Shown here: piece by piece, positions 38,893 through 48,067 of the stretch
Numbering within the stretch: position 1 is the first letter of the stretch
Layout of the letters: each line of letters opens with the position of its first letter
NCBI RefSeq assembly: GCF_006345805.1
Contig: NC_043010.1
Span: forward strand, 66,526,001 to 66,590,000
Source: Octopus sinensis
Taxonomy: Eukaryota
Direction of reading: 5' to 3'
DNA length: 64,000 nucleotides
Notes under the pieces: generated by a model
What the model saw: the letters and a program-made list of their open reading frames with translations, nothing else
Told to the model about the DNA's origin: nothing
Database searches by the model: none
Program-made: the position numbers and the translations under genes

Positions 38893-39093
38893 TCCGTATC
38901 TTCGGGGAGGCTGATCTCCCTTTACAGGCTAGCAAGGACACCGTGATGGTGTCGGCTCTCCTGGTGACGTCTATAGTCGCCTGGGGCTAAATGCATCAGT
39001 AACACCCCCACCACCCCGCCCTGTCCCTAGCCACATTCAGATGGCTGGTCCCGCTTATATTATAATATTATTTTATAATTAATTTATTATTTT

Positions 39094-39317
39094 GGCATAC
39101 TCCTTCATTAATTCAACATCCTGGTCATTGAAGCTGTTGACCTTCAACTGGGTCACGACTCTGTGGAGAACAGGCCACTTAGCCTCCTGGATGGTGTTGA
39201 GGACCATCACAGAGTCATGGATGGAGCTTCACCTCATCGTGTTGGGGACAACTAGCCTCCTCTCCACCTCAGTGTAGATGCTGTCTGCTGCCACATCCCA
39301 TTCAAAGTACTTTGTGG
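39094..39317 (-). mobile_element. hAT-superfamily transposase fragment
   Basis: Minus frame RRLVVPNTMR*SSIHDSV...SFNDQDVELMKEYAK resembles the hAT L.VP..TRWNS.YD...F...E..F.KEY segment; W mutated to stop. Confidence 0.6.
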
Positions 39318-39961
39318 AGCAACCTGCTGTGCTTGAGGAGACCTATTGAGTCAAGTATGTCAACATCAACATCAAAATAAAAATCAAATGGAAATTGTAG
39401 TTGTGATACTCGTGCTGGTGGCACGTAAAAAGCACCAACCGATTGTGGCCGTTGCCAACCTCCTCTGGCCCCTGTGCCAGTGGCATGTAAAAAGCACCCA
39501 CTACACTCATGGAGTGGTTGGCATTAGGAAGGGCATTCAGTTGCAAAAATACTGCCAGATTAGACTGGAGCCAGGTGCAGCCTCCTGGCTTCCGAGACCC
39601 CGGTCGAACCGTCCAACCCATGCTAGCATGGAAAATGGATGATGATGATGATGACAAACACTCGAGGATCAACAAACTCCTCTTCCCACTGAAAATTGTT
39701 TCGCGTGTATGGTGGTTGAAGGTGTGGACAAGGAACTGCTCAACAAGATAACAAACTGGAAATCTGCAAGACTTGTCCATGTCAAAGGTTGGACAAACAT
39801 CGATAGATGGCACTCATGCGTTCTGGTGTCCGAAAGCCAAAAAAGATGAAATATTGAAATTCAAAAGGGGTTATAAGAGCTGGAAGGTGATTTGTGATTT
39901 ATAGACGATACCAGACAATATAAAGTACGAGGAGCTGACCGGGAATTATTTTTTTAATACA

Positions 39962-40360
39962 TTTTTATACATTCCTGTGCCGGTGGCACATAAAAAGCGC
40001 CATCTGTACGGGGCCGTTGCCAGCGCCGCCTTGACTGGCTTCCGTGCCGGTAGCACATAAAAAGCACCATCCGAACGTGGCCGTTGCCAGCGCTGCCTCG
40101 ACTGGCTTCCGTGCCGGTGGCACGTTAAAAGCTCCAACCGATCGTGGCCGATGCCGGGCCTCCCTGGCACCTGTGCAGGTGGCACGTAAAAAGCACCCAC
40201 TACACTCGCGGAGTGGTTGGCGTTAGGAAAGGCATCCAGCTGTAGAAACTCTGCCAGATCAGACTGGAGCCTGGTGCAGCCCCTGGCTTCCCAGACCCCG
40301 GTCGAAATGTCCAACCCGTGCTAGCGCGGAAAACGGACGTTAAATGATGATGATGATGAT
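39962..40360 (+). mobile_element. RTE-tail repeat (LINE 3' UTR or a SINE sharing it) with ~50-bp GGCACGTAAAAAGCACC subrepeats; other copies at about 800-1030, 6815-7080, 8085-8660, 20690-20980, 22690-23025, 39320-39655, 53310-53470, 57073-57470 and 58680-58890
   Basis: Shared GGTTGGCGTTAGGAAGGGCATCCAGCTGTAGAAAC...CAACCCATGCTAGCATGGAAAACGGACGTTAAA(TGA)n end. Confidence 0.8.
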
Positions 40361-40456
40361 TTTAGAGGACTCGGAATTTAAAAGATAAAAGGAAGCAAGT
40401 AATGCTGCTTGAGGTGGAGCGAGTAGCTCGTTTTCATTATCATTCATATCATACAT

Positions 40457-40775
40457 TTAATAAAATTTGGATCTTTTCGCTTTGACTGGCAGATTTTTAA
40501 AATAATTTCTTTGTAACTAAACACTTTTAAACTTCGTATACTGGTAGAATGTGTCACATAAATAAAACACCTTTTTCTCTTGGCTTTCTTGAGAAAATTC
40601 TGTAGTTTGTAAGCTATTTGTTTAATTTCTTGCATTTCGGCATTTTCTACCAATCAACGACGACTATTGAGGTGAATACAATTTCTACCAGTATACGAAG
40701 TTTAAAAGAGTTAAGTTACAAAGAAATTATTTGAAAAATCTGCCAGTCAAAGCGAAAAGCTCCTAAAATTTTTTA
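40457..40775. repeat. Inverted repeat, core arms ~77 bp (40473-40549 / 40683-40759)
   Basis: cttttcgctttgactggcagattttt...cgtatactggtagaa recurs as its reverse complement. Confidence 0.8.
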
Positions 40776-40799
40776 TTCTTTTCCTTTTTTCCCTCCGTT

Positions 40800-41600
40800 T
40801 TTATATGTCCCCACGTGTCTTTGTATTGCCCCCTTGTGGGTAATATAATAATCACCTCTTTCTTCCTTCTCGCTGAGAAACAATGCGAAGCTGGCAGCTC
40901 ACAACGGACTCTTATCCCGCTCTAAATTCACCTGTTATCTCTAGAGGTAACGAACCTCAGGTGAACGGAGCTATAACGAACCACGCACTGCCATAAAGAT
41001 GGTCACTGGCAGGTGCACCACAGTTGTGTACTGTATACTATAATTTCATTATTATTATGAACGAGAACTAGAATAAACGACTATTGAATTGCACTCCGCT
41101 CGACTGGTTATGTCAGAAATATGTAATAATCTCGCTTAGTTTGTTCTGCAGGCAGTAAAAACACGTGGCGGCAATTATAAAACCGTTTTTTTTTTGTATT
41201 TATTACAAATGAAAGACCGGACCTTGTTTGTTTAGTGTGTGATTACTGGAAGATCGGGGTTCCTTAAAGTGATGTAAGTCTCTTCAATATGGTAAGGAGG
41301 GAGTAAATGAAACGAGGAATTTTAAAGATTTGTCGGTGATGATAACTTTGCCACGTGTTGTGGAAGTCGGAAAATAATGCGAGTCTGAGAAAGAAAATAT
41401 TTCCTACACAAGCACAGGGCCGTGGATTTTCATTATTTCATCTCCAGTACTTTCCTGTTATTCCCCGTATCATCTACTCAACCAATGAACGACCAAACCC
41501 TGGTAATATCTTGACAAATACAAATGTGAATTTTTCGTGGGAGAACACACGTGGCTTCTCGTTGCCGCCCTAGTATATGCTATAATTCAATTTTGAGAGA
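40800..41600. promoter_or_regulatory. CpG-retaining candidate promoter with four CACGTG E-boxes, possibly for the ZNF gene
   Basis: CACGTG at 40812, 41162, 41352 and 41548; candidate donor GAT|gtaagt near 41274. Confidence 0.35.
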
Positions 41601-41741
41601 AAGAAGAATCTGAACTCAACTGGTATTTTATTCGACTCGCCAAAAGCTGAAAAACAAAGTTGACGTTAGAATTTGAACTCAGAATTCACCGACTTCTCTC
41701 GTAAGTATTTCTTTTTATCTTATTTACATACTTAAGTTTTA

Positions 41742-42144
41742 TTTTCATATCAAAAGTATTGAATTGGGTTTACGGAAATAGTTTTTAAAAGGCTTCACAC
41801 ATCCGTTGTTTAAATTTTCATATCAAAAGTATTGAATTGGGTTTACGGAAATTTTAAGGGTTTACGGAAATAGTTTTTAAAAGGCTTCACACCTCCGTTG
41901 TTTAAATTTTCATATCAAAAGTATTGAAGTGGGTTTACGGAAATTTTAAGGGTTTACGGAAATAGTTTTTAAAAGGCTTCACACCTCCGTTGTTTAAATT
42001 TTCATATCAAAAGTATTGAATTGGGTTTACGGAAATAGTTTTTAAAAGGCTTCACACCTCCGTTGTTTAAATTTTCATATCAAAAGTATTGAATTGGGTT
42101 TACGGAAATAGTTTTAAAAAGGCTCCACACCTCCGTCGTTTAAA
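41742..42144. repeat. Minisatellite with units of 73, 92, 92, 73 and ~73 bp
   Basis: Unit starts at 41742, 41815, 41907, 41999 and 42072; the 92-bp units contain a 19-bp internal duplication. Confidence 0.9.
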
Positions 42145-43219
42145 ATGTGGGATACAAAAGAAAAGTGGATAAATTTCAACTTATGTGGAGTCCGCCTTTA
42201 TTGAACCTTGTAACTATTATTAGTTCGATTAAAATTAAGTCTATGATAATTGACTTAATCCGAGTGTTATTAACAACATACTTTTTAGAATTAACTCGCC
42301 ACATTTTTATCTTTTCTGGAAAGACGAAAGGCGACAGAACATAAAGGAGATGAAAGGGAGAGATAACAATAAATGAGTTATTCCTATTTCAATTCTATGA
42401 CCCTTTATTATTTAAGAAAGACTTTTATTTATAACAGTCATTAATACTGTTCTTTCATATTGTTGTTTCGCTCTAAGTCAATCCTAATTAAGGGTACTAC
42501 TAGCGAAAACTGGTCCCGGTATTCGCTAATAGTACCATGATCAAAAGTTTTCCAACCGTGGCCCCCCGGGTTCTTTTTTCCTTCTCAGGCATAGTGGTTT
42601 TTTGGAATACATTATGCAATATATCCTTTCTTTCTGATAGCAAATTGTGAATTTGAAGGAGATTTAACTGTAATTTCTAGCAGATCAAATGGACACTTAG
42701 AGGCTAGTGGGAAAAGCTCATACTTATTACCTAAAAACCCCGAACTATAAGTTTTTTTGTTTTCTTTTAAAATAAATCTACTTAATTTTCTTTGTAAAAG
42801 AAAGGCAAAACTCATTCTAGATGCAAATTGCCGCTCTTTTATATTATGTATGTAAATTAGGCGATCTGCCGTAAACTAATACACACAATACAATTAATAT
42901 ATACAAATGTTAATTTGTAAAAAGTTAATGGACAGTAACTATGAAAATGAGCCAAAACGACATATATACTCCCTCATTAACGCACAACAGAGAATATGAA
43001 TGTTTCCCTCTAAAAAGTGATAGGGTAACCCATCCTATCATGTGTAAATTGTTTTGGAAGTATCTATTAATTTGTGTGTGTATTTGATGCAAAATATATT
43101 TGTTTGTTTTATTTGATTGTGTGTGTATTTGCATCTGTGAGTCTCTTGCGCGCGCGTGCATTTGTGTAATTGTTGCTTGCATAATTTCTCTCTCCCCAGA
43201 CACAACAACAGTATGTATG

Positions 43220-43272
<53 letters not shown>

Positions 43273-43404
43273 GATATATATATATATATATATATATGTA
43301 ATATTCAATATACAAAAGGGTGAAATATAATTAATTTAATAAATTAATAAATTTCACCTAGTAGATTTTTCAGTATGGAAAAGACCATATTTGGTAAGAA
43401 TTAT

Positions 43405-43596
43405 ATTAATTATAATAATGTGTTAATTGCAACAAGTTGCTCAAAACCACATACCGAAAATATACGGGTTACAAATTCTGTTTGTTTGTGGAGACTTTTT
43501 TATTAGTAAGAGAAATAGTGATCTATTTGGTTGCTATTTCTAATATTTTCAGTATGTGGTTTTGAGCAACGTGTTGCAATTAACCCTTTATTATAA

Positions 43597-43601
<5 letters not shown>
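43405..43601. repeat. Inverted repeat, ~58-bp arms
   Basis: ttaattgcaacaagttgctcaaaaccacataccgaaaatat versus atattttcagtatgtggttttgagcaacgtgttgcaattaa. Confidence 0.75.
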
Positions 43602-43635
<34 letters not shown>

Positions 43636-46521
43636 AATTAGAGATAAAACCACTATTATACAACTCAAACAAGGATAGACATAAACCAATACATAAATAA
43701 CAAATAAATATATATTTTTATAAAACATAACTAGATCTCAAAAAGTACAAAAATGATTGGTCAATATATTACTTGTTTCAGTCATTTGACTGTGGCCATG
43801 CTGGAGCACCGCCTTCAGTCAAGCAAATCGACCCCAGCACTTATTCTTTGTAAGCCTAGTACTTATTCTATCGGTCTCTTTTACCGAACCGCTAAGCTAC
43901 GGGACGTAAACACACCAGCATCGGTTGTCAAGCAATGCTAGGGGGACAAACACAGACACACAAACACACACACATACATATATACATATATACGACAGGC
44001 TTCTTTCAGTTTCCGTCTCCCAAATCCACTCACAAGGCATTGGTCGGCCCGAGGCTTTAGCAGAAGACACTTGCCCAAGATTCCACGCAGTGGGACTGAA
44101 CCCGGAACCATGTGGTTGATAAGCAAGCTACTTACCACACAGCCACTCCTGTGCCTTGTGTTATTTGTTTTGTGAAATGGTAAAAAAAAAATGGAAAAAT
44201 GTAATGCTTGGAAAAAAAGATAAAATAGAAAAGGAAAATACAAAGACTAATGTGAACAATGGTACATTTTATACGATAATAATAAGACCATCGTGGTTTT
44301 GCCTCTCAGTGAAACCAGATGGTAATGAGAATTAATGTGAAAAATTCACTGTTCGTCTCGCAGCGGGAGTGAGTCGAACCGCCTCATTCTCATTATTAGT
44401 TAATCATTCCATCAATCATACATCATTTGTTTTATGTTCCCATTTGTCTTGTTATGTCCCCTCTATATAATCAGGCCATTGTGCCTATAATAAAGAGAAA
44501 AGGCCATGATACTCCAGACTGATGACGAGCAAAGACAGAAACTAGCCTCTGCAGGCTTAGCTGGGTTGAGGTGCTTATCTCCCCCTTGTAAACATAAGGA
44601 CACAGGAAATGCGTCAAGGCTAACAGGAAGCGTTGCTGCTTCCTAGGGCTAAATAACGTTGGTGTAATTCTCTTCGTGGGACTGTCACATTGGGTTGACA
44701 GTATACAACTACTATATATATATATACACATGACGGGCTTCTTTCAGTTTCCGCCTCCCAAATTCATATATATTTTCATCATAGAAGTGGCAAGCTGGCA
44801 GTATCATGAGCATACTGAATAAAATGCTTAATGGCATTTCATCCATCTACATTCTGAGTTCAAATTCCGCCAAGGTCAACTTTGCCTTTCATCCTTTCAG
44901 GGTTGACAAAATAAGCACCAGTTATACTAGGGTTGATGTAATTGACTATCCCCACTCTTCCAAATTCCAGGCCTTGTGCCTATAGTAGAAGGGATATATA
45001 ACTTCATCATCTTGTGTTTGTGTGTGTGTGTTTGAGTGCATGTGTGTGTGTGTATGTGTGCGAATGTATCTTCTTGATTTGACATCATGTGATGGTTGTA
45101 AACAGGCATCTCTGTTTGGCCATGGGAAAAATATTACCTTGCTTGGAAACGTGGGTTGGCAACAGGAAAGGCATCCAGCCATAGAAAACCTTTCTCAATG
45201 AATTCTGTCTGAATCAAGCAAGCATGGAAGAGTAGACATGGGAAATAGTGATGATGATGATTCTCCCTATGAAAATCTTGTGTTACATCCTTTTTTCTTT
45301 TTTTTTCTTCTAGGAAATCCTGTAATATCAGAAGTAAAAATAAAACTTCTGAAATTGTGAAACTTTCCAGTGATTTTGAAGACCCAAATATTATAAGACT
45401 GAAGCATCAATTAATAGTAACATGCAACCGAATGCTAACCAAACACAGCATGTAATCCTGCAACCAAACACCAATTAAAGGTAATACATTACTGAAGCAC
45501 CTGCAGACCATTGAGAGTTGACTGAGTGCAATTGCTCTCTCAAAGAACAGAAAATTAGGAAGTAATTAACAGAGGCAGCACAGAAAAGGCCATAGATACA
45601 TACTTAGGAAGCTTTCAAGATGCAAATGGAATTGTAACCGAAAACCTGACGCAATACAAATATTGCTCTTTTCCTTTCAACCTGGAATTGCATCATTCTT
45701 ATTTTGACCCGTCTCTCCGGTTTTTTTTTTTTCATAGAACTTTATGGAATTTATTTCACATTCCATTTTGGGGATTGGCTTGGCTTTGGTTTTTACAGCA
45801 AAATATATTTGCTAGCATTAAGAAATTATTTCAAGGTTAAAATGATGCCAGTTTAAAATTTCACTAATACAAATATTTCAGATGAAATTAGTTTATATGT
45901 GGTTGCTTTTATCTTAGCTTTAAGAAGTAATTGATGTTTAACTTGGTTTTAAAGGCTCATGGAGAGAATTTAGATTGAAAGGCAGAGAATATTATTTTCT
46001 GTGAACAATAGGAAAATTGTTGTTTAAAGAAAAGAGATTATTTTAAGATACTTTTTTAAATATTTATTCGTGTTGTTAAGTTCTACATGATAAAGTGTAT
46101 AGTCTAGTAGTAAGGATGTTATGCTCACAATGACAAAATCATGGTTTTGATTCCCCGACAAACCAATTCTTTTACTGGTTTCACTCATTTGACTGTGGCC
46201 ATACTGGAGCACCACCTTTAGTTGAGCAAATCGATCCCAGGACTTATTCTTTGTAAGCCTAGTACTTATTCTATTGGTGTCTTTTGCCAAACCGCTAACT
46301 TACAGGGGTGTAAACACACCAGCATCGGTTATTAATTTGAGGAATCTCAATAATTTGAAGTCAGGTTTTTGATTGAAGTGTCCTAAATTCTTACCCTGTT
46401 AACTTTATTCCATTCTGCAGAACTATTCTAGGCCTCTGAGATAAACCATTGTACTGTGTTTTTAATTTTGAGAACTCACCTTCTAGGAAAAAACATAATT
46501 AATTTCAGAAGGTATTTAACC

Positions 46522-47469
46522 ATGAAATACAAACAGAAGCAGTTGTTAAAGTGTGAAGATTGCGGTAACACCATCTCTGTGGATTCAGACACCTCTTTGA
46601 TGCCAAACCAAATAACCAACAATGTTTTATTTTGTGCAGCTTGTGGTAAATCATTCCCTCCATATAAACTTTTATTATCAAAAGACCTGCAGAAGAAGAA
46701 AGCAATAAACCCTTATGGAATTTGTTGGAAATCTTCATTTCAAACTAAGAATTTCTCTTGTCATCAAACTCTTCGTGGAAATGATAAACTGTTTTATTGT
46801 AGAATCTGTGGAAAGTCTTTCATCCAAAATTGTGATTTAATCCGACATGTACAGATTCACACAGGGGAGAAACCTTACCATTGCGAAATCTGTGGTCAAA
46901 GACTATCTCGCAGAAGCACGCTAAACGAACACAAGTGGAATCACATGGGAGAAAAACGGTTCCAGTGCGAAATTTGCGGCGAAAGATTTACTCGAAACAG
47001 TTCTTTCTCGATGCACAAAAAGAAACACGGTGTGAATAAGGGTCACCAGTGTGAAGTCTGTGGTAAAACATTCAACGAAGCGAACAGTTTATCTTGCCAC
47101 AAACGTGTTCACACTGGGGAGAAACCATTCCACTGTGAAATCTGCGGGAAAGTATTCACGCAAAGTAGTGATTTGACACGTCACAAACGTATTCATACAG
47201 GAGATCAGCCTTATACGTGTGTGATTTGCCAGAAAACGTTTTCTCAGAATAGCAGTCTTATTCGACACAAACGTATTCATACGGGCGTGAAACCGCACTA
47301 CTGTGAAATTTGTGGCAAAACATTTTGTCAAAATAGCGATTTGTCTTCACACAAGCGTAGTCACACGGGAGAGAAACCATATTCTTGCGAGATCTGTGGT
47401 AAAAACTTTTCTGTAAGTAGTCATTTATCTCGTCACAAAAAGATTCATACGGGAACGGAACCAATGTGA
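46522..47469 (+). CDS. C2H2 zinc-finger protein, single coding exon, 315 aa, 8 intact tandem fingers after about 3 degenerate N-terminal CxxC units
   Basis: ORF track 46456..47469, first ATG at 46522. Repeated CxxC-x12-HxxxH with TGEKP/TGDQP/TGVKP linkers; candidate acceptor ttccattctgcag at 46420 upstream. Confidence 0.93.
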   Translation: MKYKQKQLLKCEDCGNTISVDSDTSLMPNQITNNVLFCAACGKSFPPYKLLLSKDLQKKKAINPYGICWKSSFQTKNFSCHQTLRGNDKLFYCRICGKSFIQNCDLIRHVQIHTGEKPYHCEICGQRLSRRSTLNEHKWNHMGEKRFQCEICGERFTRNSSFSMHKKKHGVNKGHQCEVCGKTFNEANSLSCHKRVHTGEKPFHCEICGKVFTQSSDLTRHKRIHTGDQPYTCVICQKTFSQNSSLIRHKRIHTGVKPHYCEICGKTFCQNSDLSSHKRSHTGEKPYSCEICGKNFSVSSHLSRHKKIHTGTEPM

Positions 47470-47557
47470 GGATTCTTAAAATAAGCAAGCAGGTAATTGT
47501 ATTATTATGTTCTGCTAAAAGTTGTATCTTTGGAGACGAAACTGCTCAAATAGAATA

Positions 47558-47751
47558 AGATTCTTACTTCTAATGTGCAGAAATTTTGGTCAAGTAACAC
47601 TAAATGATAAACAACTTGTTTGGTTGCGTTTTGAAATATTTTAAAAAATGTTCTGAGAAAGAAAAATGAATTAAGAAGATATTTAACCATGAAATCACCT
47701 CAACAATACAAACAAAAGACGGTACTGGATAGTGTAGCTATCCTGTGCTGA
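47558..47751 (+). pseudogene. Relic of the 5' end of a tandem ZNF paralog
   Basis: ttcttac...tgcag|aa acceptor context and GAAGATATTTAACCATGAAAT copy the context of the live ZNF start (GAAGGTATTTAACCATGAAAT). Short ORF MKSPQQYKQKTVL..* versus MKYKQKQLL. Confidence 0.6.
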
Positions 47752-47825
47752 TGACACTTATTGAGGCAGAAACATGCCCACAGATGCACTCTTGTCTCTA
47801 GACTATCAGGTTGTCTTTTTCTTAA

Positions 47826-48067
47826 CCCTTTTACTGCAGACATCAGATACATAAACTAAAAACTTCATTACCCTTAACTACAAAAAAACAGTTTTATATA
47901 CCAATCTATCTCTTGTTGAAGAATATTATGTTTGAAACCATTTTCTCTTGAGATTTGCCAATTTTATTTAGGTAATGTGATTTGCAGAAAATACCAATCA
48001 TATTTTTTGGCAGATATTTAACATCAATACAGGGATGACCATGAAATTTAACTGTGCAGTTAAAGGG
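47826..48067. mobile_element. piggyBac-type MITE
   Basis: TTAA|CCCTTTTACTGCA ... TGCAGTTAAAGGG|TTGA. Confidence 0.55.

Larger units (their letters stand above)
38076..39062. mobile_element. Hammerhead-bearing retrozyme / Penelope-like non-autonomous element: 360-bp monomer, one full and one partial tandem copy, then an inverted copy
   Basis: 38076-38435 repeats at 38436-38712. 38711-39062 is the reverse complement of about 38107-38468. Only about 5 substitutions among copies; a 15-bp direct repeat TATATTATAATATTA lies at 38063-38077 and 39056-39070. Confidence 0.8.

Noticed and set aside
40730-40765. TTGAAAA...GAAA motif in the 40.5-kb fold-back
   Set aside because: Only about 2 bp of stem II, no U16.1, and the two arms disagree in stem III.
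41742-42144. Possible CRISPR array (also 63805-64000 and 17340-17660)
   Set aside because: Whole units repeat with no unique spacers, there are no cas genes, and the context is eukaryotic.
42493-42536. 14-bp GC-containing hairpin
   Set aside because: Isolated, with no Helitron CTAG end, ribozyme core or second copy in the window.
42925-43315. YIYIYI-rich ORFs (also 15008-15298)
   Set aside because: Translations of (TA)n microsatellites.
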